From a virus (lineage: Duplodnaviria; Caudoviricetes), in IMG/VR virus record IMGVR_UViG_3300033067_001335, positions 1-46,229 of that record: a stretch of DNA of 46,229 bases, one strand, 5' to 3'. A program made the position numbers and the translations under genes. The notes beneath the pieces are model-generated. The model searched no databases, was not told the origin of the DNA, and saw only the letters and a list, made by a program, of their open reading frames with translations. This document shows positions 1-7,707 of the stretch, piece by piece; position 1 is the first letter of the stretch, and the number at the start of each line of letters is the position of its first letter.

Positions 1-1
1 C

Positions 2-616
2 CCGCGCCGCTACTGCTGCCGCGATTGCAGAAACACCGCCAACAGCCGCAACGGCAACCCGGTGCGCGTGGCCAAGGTGATGCAGCGCGTAGCCGACGGC
101 CAATGGACAAACCCGCGCGCCAACATGACCGCCGAGGAGATCAGCGCGATTCAGTCCCTCGCCTCGCGGAAAGGTCGTCTGCGCGAGGTTGCTGAGGGTC
201 GCTGGCGCAATCCTGGCCTGAGCGACGAGGCTCGCGCCACCAACCGCGCCAAACAAGCCGCGCGATTTAGCGACCCAGCCGCGCGAGAGGCCGTGCGGCA
301 ACAAAACCTCTCACGGCCACTCCCGGATGCGCGCAACAATCGCATGCAATTCGCGCTTCACGCCGACTTGTGGCCGCGCAATTGCAACGCGGCGTTTTGC
401 TGTGTCGAGGATGGCCGCGTCGTGATCACGCCAGTGGAATATCAATTCAACGAAGCCGAGCATGCCATGCCGCGACGTGATAACCAGCTGCCATACTCTG
501 CAATGCGGCGCGGATCGCGCCGGATTGCGATTGAGTGCCGAGCGTGGCTGCATCATGCGCCAACGACTTGGCGCTGCGTGGCGCGTGGCGAGACGCTGGT
601 GTTTGAGGCGAACTAA
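2..616 (+). CDS. Partial (5'-truncated) putative Zn-finger/NUMOD-like DNA-binding protein
   Basis: Frame open from base 2 (PRRYCCRDCRNTANSR...), CxxC motif, two copies of VA(D/E)G(Q/R)WxNP; ends at a terminator hairpin. Confidence 0.5.
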   Translation, partial: PRRYCCRDCRNTANSRNGNPVRVAKVMQRVADGQWTNPRANMTAEEISAIQSLASRKGRLREVAEGRWRNPGLSDEARATNRAKQAARFSDPAAREAVRQQNLSRPLPDARNNRMQFALHADLWPRNCNAAFCCVEDGRVVITPVEYQFNEAEHAMPRRDNQLPYSAMRRGSRRIAIECRAWLHHAPTTWRCVARGETLVFEAN

Positions 617-641
617 AGCCGGAGTTCATCACTCCGGCTTT
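615..641. terminator. Bidirectional intrinsic terminator
   Basis: Perfect 11-bp stem AAAGCCGGAGT-tcatc-ACTCCGGCTTT between convergent genes. Confidence 0.8.
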
Positions 642-646
642 GCTAT

Positions 647-931
647 TTACCCCGCGCCCCCAATGACAACGGCCATTACCCGCCCACCATTGCCACGCCA
701 CAACCAGCGCGCTGGCCAGCGCGTGAATGGATCAATCACCAGCGCCTGCACCGGGAAGCGCCCGGCCAGCTCCACCCACAGCTCCTCGGTGGTCGTGGCC
801 AAGGATCGCGCACGAGACACGGCAATATCGAGCCGAAGCCTGGTGAGCACCTCGGCCAATTTCTTCATACTGGAGTGTCGTGGCTGCAATGATCCCCAGT
901 CGTCGTTCGATGAACGGTAATACTGACTCAA
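647..931 (-). CDS. Small hypothetical protein (start TTG 931 or ATG 868)
   Basis: 3' part of ORF 647..1225; purine-rich GAGAGGGGGAG just upstream of TTG; stops at the terminator. Confidence 0.45.
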   Translation of the reverse strand: MSQYYRSSNDDWGSLQPRHSSMKKLAEVLTRLRLDIAVSRARSLATTTEELWVELAGRFPVQALVIDPFTRWPARWLWRGNGGRVMAVVIGGAG

Positions 932-1079
932 ACCACTCCCCCTCTCTCCGACGGTGTGACCCCGTTGGAAGAGGGGTGATATTACGAGGGCGTTGTTTTC
1001 GCGTTGATTGCAATAGTGTTCGATGGGATATGGAGAGTGCGGTGGGACATATCGCAGGGACACGGGGTTGAGGTTGGGA

Positions 1080-1655
1080 TTAGGGGGCTGTTGTCGGTTC
1101 GAGCTTGGGTGGAGGCGCAGCCTCGGTCGGCGGGGCTGGTGGTGGTGGCGACGTTGGCGGATTCGGCGGGGCGATAGTGGGCATGGGTTTTGATGGCGTA
1201 GATGTTGGCGATGCAAGTGGATCAAGCGTTGGCTCCGGTGTCGGCGTTAGCACTAAGCACCACACATACAGCGATGCGCTATTACCACCAACCACACTTA
1301 TCGCAATTGTGAACGGCACATCCGGGAATCGGCTTGCCTCAGACCACCCAGCTCCCGCTGGGACATCGTAGACATAGGTCGACCTGTCATCGGTGAATCG
1401 TATTGTGTTGCCAGTCGTGTTGTGGATATGGAATGCAGCGGTTCCGTGTCGCTCGCCGGAGTCATCCACCCCATAGCCGCAATCGGCCCATATGATTAGG
1501 CCGTTTATTTCCTTACGATCATAGATAGGCGGGTTGGTGTTTCGGCTCACCGATGGCAGAAACAGCACGTGAGTGTATTCAGCTGCGATAGCGCGAGCGA
1601 TAGGGATTGCGAGCAATAGGGTCATCAGCAACGCAAGGCGCAAAGGCTTTTGCAT
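1080..1655 (-). CDS. Secreted/surface protein with Pro/Thr-rich C-terminus
   Basis: Start MQKPLRLALLMTLLLAIPIARAIAA (signal peptide), VLFLPSVSR motif, PT-rich tail; follows upstream stop at 1663. Confidence 0.75.
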   Translation of the reverse strand: MQKPLRLALLMTLLLAIPIARAIAAEYTHVLFLPSVSRNTNPPIYDRKEINGLIIWADCGYGVDDSGERHGTAAFHIHNTTGNTIRFTDDRSTYVYDVPAGAGWSEASRFPDVPFTIAISVVGGNSASLYVWCLVLTPTPEPTLDPLASPTSTPSKPMPTIAPPNPPTSPPPPAPPTEAAPPPKLEPTTAP

Positions 1656-1662
1656 GATGACT

Positions 1663-2070
1663 TTATTGCTTGACGATGCGAGCCTCAAGCAACTCCCACT
1701 TATGCAATCGCCACCCAACAGTGCAGTCGGCCAATGATCCTCGGTTTCTGCCGACGACGCGACGCACATGCCAATAGCCAGAAAAGAATTCAGAGTGCGC
1801 TCGATTGTCTTGGTGCACCAATATCTGATCGCTTTCAAGCCCTAATTGTTTATCCAACGCGATCAGGCAAATGCTTTCTGCATAGGCCATTCCAGTGTCG
1901 CCATCTGGGCCAGGGGCGGGGCCAACCGGAATTTGCACTTGCGCCTCAACGGTTTCGAGTGGGCCTGCATTTTTAATCCGATATCCAAGAAGCAGGGATA
2001 GCGCCAAGCATGCAAATACCAACGAACCAACAACCAGTGCCGTCACAGGATGGCGTTTGACGAATAACAT
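1663..2070 (-). CDS. Membrane-anchored hypothetical protein (immunity region, possible superinfection exclusion)
   Basis: GGAGG RBS, N-terminal TM helix, downstream of repressor. Confidence 0.75.
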   Translation of the reverse strand: MLFVKRHPVTALVVGSLVFACLALSLLLGYRIKNAGPLETVEAQVQIPVGPAPGPDGDTGMAYAESICLIALDKQLGLESDQILVHQDNRAHSEFFSGYWHVRRVVGRNRGSLADCTVGWRLHKWELLEARIVKQ

Positions 2071-2149
2071 ATGTCCTCCAGTGTTTTAAATGTGACCCCC
2101 TTTGGTATTCAGTTGTTGATGATCTATTGCGACCGCAATAAATTTTTGG

Positions 2150-2623
2150 CTAAATTTTTTTTAGTCTTCTCTGCGATGCGGCCTTGATTTCGGCCTCGCG
2201 CCGCTTTCTAAACGTTTCCAGAATTTCGATGGCCTGTTCCTGCTCCTCTGGGCTGAGCATGTCGATCAGCCTATCAATCTTTTGTCGAGCGTCACTTTTG
2301 CCAGACCTACTTGCTTGCGCTGATCTCGATTTGCCGCGTTCTATCAAGCCCGCAATCTCCATCACGTCTTCCTGCGGCAATTCCAGCGCGTCCGCAATTT
2401 TCCGAGCGGTCTTAATGCCTAGTGATGCCACCTGATTGATCACATTCGAGATGAGTCCGTGAACGGCCTTTGTTCTACGTGCAAAGTCGTCTACGTCACC
2501 CTCGTCTATTCCTTCATTGCGAACAATAGCTCTTGCCAAGTCAGCCACAGTCATTCGCCGATCAAATAGCTCGCGCCGTAGCCAATCCGGGAAACGATTG
2601 CCCTCATCTCGTGTGTTGCCCAT
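2150..2623 (-). CDS. cI-like XRE-family HTH repressor
   Basis: FPDWLRRELFDRRMTVADLARAI...ISNVIN...ARKIADALELP...MEIAG; divergent from the early operon; no peptidase S24 domain. Confidence 0.85.
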   Translation of the reverse strand: MGNTRDEGNRFPDWLRRELFDRRMTVADLARAIVRNEGIDEGDVDDFARRTKAVHGLISNVINQVASLGIKTARKIADALELPQEDVMEIAGLIERGKSRSAQASRSGKSDARQKIDRLIDMLSPEEQEQAIEILETFRKRREAEIKAASQRRLKKI

Positions 2624-2634
2624 TCACCTTGTGG

Positions 2635-2640
2635 ATTATA
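2635..2640 (-). promoter_or_regulatory. -10 element of repressor promoter
   Basis: TATAAT on the minus strand, 11 nt upstream of the repressor ATG. Confidence 0.6.
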
Positions 2641-2645
2641 GAAAG

Positions 2646-2732
2646 TCCTTAGATAGTAAGGATTTTCCTAAAAATCTATTGACAAACGGGTATCGTCCTC
2701 CTAGAATCCTAATTTATTAGGATTATCCTAAT
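2646..2732. promoter_or_regulatory. Operator array of the lysis/lysogeny switch
   Basis: Inverted repeats TCCTTA-N5-TAAGGA (2646-2662), AATCCTAAT-TT-ATTAGGATT (2705-2724), ATTAGGAT-T-ATCCTAAT (2716-2732). Confidence 0.75.
2679..2707 (+). promoter_or_regulatory. Early (lytic) sigma70-type promoter
   Basis: TTGACA-17 bp-TAGAAT, followed by AGGAGGT RBS and ATG 2753. Confidence 0.9.
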
Positions 2733-2752
2733 TTAGAGGAGGTGACGCACGA

Positions 2753-2953
2753 ATGGATTTAACCGCATTCTCAAATGAGCTAAAGCAGTCAGCTGACCCA
2801 GCTGCGAATGTCAGCCTGTCGCTCTCAAAGGATCGCGTTCGCTGGCTCGACGAAAAGGCTGAAGAGTTCGGCGTCAAGCGCAGTGATGTCGTAAAGGCTT
2901 TGATCGATCAAATGCGCAAAGCCGAACAGCCAATGCCAGCAGGAGGGATATAG
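2753..2953 (+). CDS. Ribbon-helix-helix (CopG/Arc-like) regulator in the Cro position
   Basis: NVSLSLS...WLDEKAEEFGVKRSDVVKALID pattern; strong RBS. Confidence 0.8.
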   Translation: MDLTAFSNELKQSADPAANVSLSLSKDRVRWLDEKAEEFGVKRSDVVKALIDQMRKAEQPMPAGGI

Positions 2954-3150
2954 GGAAAAACACGAACGCCGCTTCACGAGGTTGGGCAACACACGAAAGC
3001 AGCGTTCATATCAGACCAACAGGATGAACCCATCGGCCCTAATGCTTTGAGTCTATCACGATTTCTTGGGGGGCCGAGAAAGATGACGTTATTTACGCAA
3101 CCACATTGCCAACTATCTAACTTTCATTCACTCCATTTAGGAGGCCTACC

Positions 3151-3759
3151 ATGTCCGTTACGCCCGATGCCAACCGGCACGAAACCGCTTCAGACATCGT
3201 TCTGCGCAAGTCGCCCACGGTCAGCGCGATCCTTCCGCGCACCCGCATCGCTATCCCAGCCGACTGGGAAGAGTCCCTCACCCATGCCGAGGGCGAGTCG
3301 ATCGAGCTCACCCCCGCCGGTGAGTCCCCCGACGACATCACCTTCAACCCCGATCCCATTGAGGACCTCGACAGCGCCACGATCTTCGCCGACGTAGCCG
3401 CCCGCGAGGTGGCCCTCGATGGCGAGCTACAGGCCACTCAGGTCACCCTCGCCCAGCTGCGTGAGCTGGGGATGAACGTGGTGAACTGGTTCGCCAATTA
3501 CAAGGCCGGATTGGCCAGCGTTACCGAGCTAGAGCGCCAGATCAACAGCCTGCACGAATCCGTGCGCACCACCAACGCGCATGATTTCGGCGCGCACGTG
3601 TTGCTCACGAACGAGCGCCAAACGGTTGTGCTCGAGCAAGCCCGCGCCACGCTCCAATCCTTCATCGATGGCGAGACCACGATGAGCGCTCTCAGCCGCT
3701 TGGCCGATGCAATCAATGATGTATTGCCCGCGACGAAGTTGGTCGGAGGTGCAGCGTGA
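3151..3759 (+). CDS. Hypothetical protein
   Basis: AGGAGG RBS, 202 aa, GTGA coupling to the next gene. Confidence 0.85.
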   Translation: MSVTPDANRHETASDIVLRKSPTVSAILPRTRIAIPADWEESLTHAEGESIELTPAGESPDDITFNPDPIEDLDSATIFADVAAREVALDGELQATQVTLAQLRELGMNVVNWFANYKAGLASVTELERQINSLHESVRTTNAHDFGAHVLLTNERQTVVLEQARATLQSFIDGETTMSALSRLADAINDVLPATKLVGGAA

Positions 3760-4145
3760 CCCTCGCCCGCCGTTCTGCGGTTCAAGGCTTTGGCCGCACG
3801 TTCCACTCGACGACCCCACATCTAGACATGAAAGACGCCCGCTTTCGCCGCGAGATGGCCGATATCCCAGCGGCAACGCGCACACAGATGGGAACCCATC
3901 GCAAGTGCGACGCCATTCGTCGCCACTACAACGCGCGCATCCGCCGGATTGGCCGGATTTACAACCAGATGAGCCGCCAGCTTGAGACCGAGCGCAACAC
4001 CAACCACATCGCCGACGAGACCTATTGGGCCAAAGACGATGCGCTGTGGGCCAAGGTGCAAGGCATGTCGGCCCAGTGTGAAGCGCGCCGCAATGCCCGC
4101 GTGGCCGAGATCCAAGCCGTTGCCAAGGAGGCCGCCCAATCATGA
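3756..4145 (+). CDS. Hypothetical helical protein
   Basis: GGAGGT RBS; overlapping start/stop on both sides. Confidence 0.8.
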   Translation: MTLARRSAVQGFGRTFHSTTPHLDMKDARFRREMADIPAATRTQMGTHRKCDAIRRHYNARIRRIGRIYNQMSRQLETERNTNHIADETYWAKDDALWAKVQGMSAQCEARRNARVAEIQAVAKEAAQS

Positions 4146-4756
4146 CCCAAACCTCCCCCATCGGCAACCGCGTCCGTGGCCAGCGCCACGAGCTGACTCT
4201 ACGAGCCACCGAGGCCGCCATCGACCGACCCAAGCGCCTGCCCGCCTCGCGCCTGCTCAACGACATCGCCCGCGACGCATTGGCCGCCGTGCTCCGCGAT
4301 GACGCCGTGGCGATTGCCAATCTGCCCACCGCTGTGATCTTCCGAGCCTTCGCTGTGAAGAGCCAGCGGCATATGGGTTGCTGGCGATTGGTCATCACCA
4401 CCAAGGCCCACGGCGCATGGGGCCACTGCATGAGCGGCCCGATCGCCAACCACGATCTGGTCGTGGCACTGGCCGAGATGATCAACGGACCGGCATCGGC
4501 ACCGGTGGCCACACCCAATCTCACCAATTCCGCCGAGCCCAACCCCTCGGTCCACACCGCTTCCACACGGTGTGCCGATCGGCTCGGCGTATTGGCCGCA
4601 CTGTTTACCGCGCTCTTTGTTCGGCAAACAGTGCGCGCACCTCGACCGAGCGCAGCGGTTGAGGTCTCCCAATCTCCTGTTCGAGCAACAAATTCGCAAA
4701 GCAAAGCAAACACCACCGCTGGCGGCCTCAACTGCGCGTCGTCGCCAGCGGCTTGA
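4142..4756 (+). CDS. Hypothetical protein
   Basis: AAGGAGG RBS, ATGA overlap. Confidence 0.75.
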   Translation: MTQTSPIGNRVRGQRHELTLRATEAAIDRPKRLPASRLLNDIARDALAAVLRDDAVAIANLPTAVIFRAFAVKSQRHMGCWRLVITTKAHGAWGHCMSGPIANHDLVVALAEMINGPASAPVATPNLTNSAEPNPSVHTASTRCADRLGVLAALFTALFVRQTVRAPRPSAAVEVSQSPVRATNSQSKANTTAGGLNCASSPAA

Positions 4757-4764
4757 AAACAAGC

Positions 4765-4797
4765 GCGAGCGAGTGATCTGATACATCACTCGCTCGC
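4765..4797. terminator. Intergenic hairpin (terminator-like on the minus strand)
   Basis: Perfect 13-bp stem GCGAGCGAGTGAT-ctgatac-ATCACTCGCTCGC preceded by an A-rich tract. Confidence 0.6.
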
Positions 4798-4812
4798 AAT
4801 AGACACAGTGAG

Positions 4813-5247
4813 ATGAACACCATGTCTGCAAACAACAATAACACAACCGACACACCCCAAGCCGTGCTCAACGAATTCCAGACGTATATGACCCTGCGCG
4901 AGGCCGGCGTCGACCCAGATAACGCCCAGCGCGGCGCTGACCACGTTCGTCGCGGGACCAATGAAGGTGGCGACAAAGGTGCGACCACCGCCGCAGTGCA
5001 GGTCCTGCGCTGGCTAGGTTTGTTCACCGTCATCATCGTGATTGTGCTGGGCGTTGCCAGCTACGCGAGTGCGGCTGCCCCGGCCACCGCGGCAGCCAAC
5101 ATGATCCACCTGCCAGTGGTGAGCAGCGACTGCCGCATCAAGTGCTCGAGCTCGATGCCGTATCCGACCCCAACCGCAACGCCATTTGTCAACGAGCCAC
5201 CGATGCCACCGGCACCGGCACCAGTCGCCACCGTGGAGGTGCAGTGA
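4813..5247 (+). CDS. Membrane protein with Pro-rich extracellular tail
   Basis: TM helix WLGLFTVIIVIVLGVA, IHLPVVSS motif, PTPTATP linker. Confidence 0.75.
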   Translation: MNTMSANNNNTTDTPQAVLNEFQTYMTLREAGVDPDNAQRGADHVRRGTNEGGDKGATTAAVQVLRWLGLFTVIIVIVLGVASYASAAAPATAAANMIHLPVVSSDCRIKCSSSMPYPTPTATPFVNEPPMPPAPAPVATVEVQ

Positions 5248-5447
5248 TGCCAACGCCAAAACAAACCTCCGCCGCCATGAGCATCGTGTTCGCATTCTTC
5301 GTGTGCCTGTTGGTCGCCATCGCACTGGCCCTGACCAGCTGCAGCTCCCAGACCTGCGCATCAAATCCCAAGGCTGCGCGAGAGCAGGGGCTGAGCTGCT
5401 GGCGCGACGAGCAAGGAACCACCTATCACGAGGTATCCCAACCATGA
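5247..5447 (+). CDS. Small putative lipoprotein
   Basis: GGAGGT RBS, TGATG overlap, hydrophobic stretch ending LTSC (lipobox-like). Confidence 0.65.
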   Translation: MPTPKQTSAAMSIVFAFFVCLLVAIALALTSCSSQTCASNPKAAREQGLSCWRDEQGTTYHEVSQP

Positions 5448-5983
5448 CCACTCGACTATCCGCACTCACCGCGGGTCGCCGGCAGAGTAAGCCGCGCGCC
5501 CGCACAGTCATCGCTAACGAGATCCCGGCCGGCACCAATCACGGTGCCGGCATCGCCCACACTGAGCACGGCGAGCAGGTCTCACTCATCGCCTGGGCCA
5601 AAGAGAACGAGACACGTTGCCCTGAACTCAAATGGCTCATGGCCATCCCCAACGGGGGGCTGCGCTCGAAGAGCACGGCCCGGAAGTTGCAGCTCGAAGG
5701 CGTCAAGCCCGGAGTGAGTGATCTCTTCCTACCAGTGCCACGCGGCAACTCGCATGGGTTGTGGATCGAGATGAAAGCGGGGCGCAATAAACAGACACGC
5801 GAGCAGATCAATTTCAGGCGCGACATGCTAGCGGCAGGCTATTCCGCTGTTGTGTGTTGGTCATTTGAGGCTGCGCGTGACATTGTCATCAGCTATCTCG
5901 GCGGCCCATTTGCCGAGGAAGTTGATCGACTACCTGCCGAGAAATATTTGGCAGCATCCGACGCATTGGAGGCCCGCTACTAA
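5444..5983 (+). CDS. VRR-NUC domain nuclease (probable Holliday-junction resolvase)
   Basis: EHGEQ...AIPNGG...EGVKPGVSDL...LWIEMK...Q PD-(D/E)xK motifs; ATGA coupling. Confidence 0.9.
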   Translation: MTTRLSALTAGRRQSKPRARTVIANEIPAGTNHGAGIAHTEHGEQVSLIAWAKENETRCPELKWLMAIPNGGLRSKSTARKLQLEGVKPGVSDLFLPVPRGNSHGLWIEMKAGRNKQTREQINFRRDMLAAGYSAVVCWSFEAARDIVISYLGGPFAEEVDRLPAEKYLAASDALEARY

Positions 5984-6388
5984 ATGCAAAGCACAACCCA
6001 AATCATCCAAATCCTCGAAGCCGCCCCAGTGGCACCCGAAGCTCCACAAGATGCCTTCGCCTGCTACAAGGAAGGCCTCGACCTGAGCGCCAACCACTGG
6101 GCGCGCATCAATCGCATTGCCACCCAAGACACCCGCCGGGCCGTCTACGGGGCCTTGTCCACTGTGTGTGGCGAAGGTGCCCCAAAGCTAGTCAACGCGG
6201 TCGCCAAGGCCTTGTTTGGCGTCGACGGCTTCAACATGCTGGCCGATTGCGAGATCCTCGCGCTCTACCACTGGCTGAAGCCTTTCCGCGCTGGCGACCA
6301 CTGGGCCACGGCTGCGCAGCCAGTGTATGAGTGTGTTGGCCGGGTGCGCTCAATGGTGAAGACCGTTCGCGTGGAGGCTGGACGCTAG
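5984..6388 (+). CDS. Hypothetical protein
   Basis: GGAGG RBS; abuts neighbours. Confidence 0.8.
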   Translation: MQSTTQIIQILEAAPVAPEAPQDAFACYKEGLDLSANHWARINRIATQDTRRAVYGALSTVCGEGAPKLVNAVAKALFGVDGFNMLADCEILALYHWLKPFRAGDHWATAAQPVYECVGRVRSMVKTVRVEAGR

Positions 6389-7132
6389 ATGAGCATCCGC
6401 CTGATGTCCGAATGCTGGACTCGGCAGATCCCACGCAGTGAACGCGAGGTGCTGTTAGTGTTCTGCGATCACGCCGATGACCAAGGCTACAACGCCCGGC
6501 CATCAATCGCACGGATCGCATGGAAGACCGATATTTCAGAACGCCATATCAAACGCATTGTGCAGGAGCTGGTTAAGAAGACGGCTCTCAGGATTACACG
6601 CGACGCAACGCATGACCAACCAACGACGTATCGCGTGGTCTTGACTGTCTATCCGCCCAAGCCTCCTTTCACATTCAAAAAGAGGGGTGACACTGTGTCA
6701 CCCCTGCAAATAGCGTTAGGGGTGACATCTGAGACATCAGGGGTGACATTTTCGACAGGGAGGGGTGACATAGCTATGTCACCCAAACCATCCTTAGAAC
6801 CATCAGTACAACCATCATCTTCTTCTTTTTCTTGCGCCGATGGCGCAACGAATGATGCGGATGATGCCGATCCGGTCAAACGAACACATTCTTTTTTGGT
6901 GCAGCGTGGAATCAACGAGCCGGTGAGAAGTGAGTTGGCCGACAAATTCGGCAGCGTGAAAGATGGCCCTTTGTGGCTGGTCATGGAATACACCCGCTGT
7001 GTCGATGAGACGAAATACAAGCACAAAACGCTCGACCAGCGCATCGCAATGTTTATCAACCGCGCTCGCACCAAGTGGAACGCAATTTCTCAGTCAGGGC
7101 AATCGGCTTTGACTGAGTTCATGAGGGAATGA
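6389..7132 (+). CDS. Phage replication initiator (N-terminal wHTH, HTH_36-like)
   Basis: MSIRLMSECW...VLLVFCDHADDQG...PSIARIAWKTDISER; iterons in the central linker. Confidence 0.88.
   Translation: MSIRLMSECWTRQIPRSEREVLLVFCDHADDQGYNARPSIARIAWKTDISERHIKRIVQELVKKTALRITRDATHDQPTTYRVVLTVYPPKPPFTFKKRGDTVSPLQIALGVTSETSGVTFSTGRGDIAMSPKPSLEPSVQPSSSSFSCADGATNDADDADPVKRTHSFLVQRGINEPVRSELADKFGSVKDGPLWLVMEYTRCVDETKYKHKTLDQRIAMFINRARTKWNAISQSGQSALTEFMRE
6683..6816. repeat. Iterons of the putative replication origin
   Basis: AGGGGTGACA at 6683, 6718, 6739, 6761; inverted copies at 6696 and 6777; then AACCATC x3 at 12-bp spacing and a T-rich tract. Confidence 0.85.
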
Positions 7133-7311
7133 TGACCCAAGAGCAAGAGATCGAGGTCTTTGATGCAGTAGTGCGCCAAGCAATGCTCGAAGGGGATAAG
7201 CCCGATGAGGCTCGTCGGCGCGCCAATCGACTGCTCAGTGTGATGTCTACCGAAACCGATTACGTGTGGACCGCTTGGTGCGGCAAGAAGCATCAGGAGA
7301 AAGACCAATGA
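7129..7311 (+). CDS. Hypothetical protein
   Basis: ATGA overlaps on both sides. Confidence 0.7.
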   Translation: MMTQEQEIEVFDAVVRQAMLEGDKPDEARRRANRLLSVMSTETDYVWTAWCGKKHQEKDQ

Positions 7312-7706
7312 CCCCAACCCAACCCGGTGACGGTGCCGTGAATATCACCGTCGATTCGACCGACCTGATGACCAACCCCACGACTGTTGGTCTCAACAAC
7401 GCGATACAGCGCATTGTTTCGTTCTATCGCGAGTTTGAGCTGATGCGGCGCGAACTGTTGATTACAAAGCAACTGTGCGCGTTTGATAGTGACGATTACA
7501 CGAAGCTACTCGCGGAGTGCGAGGCCGAGAAAGAGTTGCGCACCAATATGCAGATCGAGCGCGATGCGCTGTGGCTGAAACTCAAGGCGCACGACGTGCT
7601 GTTGCAGCGCGTGCTCGATGTCGATGCGAACTGCACCGGCGATGCGTATGCGCAGCTCATCAACGATATTTGCGCGGCATTGGGCGTGACCACGGAGGGC
7701 CACTAG
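7308..7706 (+). CDS. Hypothetical coiled-coil protein
   Basis: AGGAG RBS before ATG 7308. Confidence 0.75.
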   Translation: MTPTQPGDGAVNITVDSTDLMTNPTTVGLNNAIQRIVSFYREFELMRRELLITKQLCAFDSDDYTKLLAECEAEKELRTNMQIERDALWLKLKAHDVLLQRVLDVDANCTGDAYAQLINDICAALGVTTEGH

Positions 7707-7707
7707 C

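Noticed and set aside
1008-1022. CGAAC-ACTA-TTGC as a LexA (GAAC-N4-GTTC) box
   Set aside because: Only one half-site matches
3529-4855. Long minus-strand ORFs (400 aa, 218 aa) and similar shadow ORFs elsewhere (29266-30372, 34073-35893, 37430-38461)
   Set aside because: Antisense to well-supported coupled genes; expected in GC-rich DNA; no RBS or motifs
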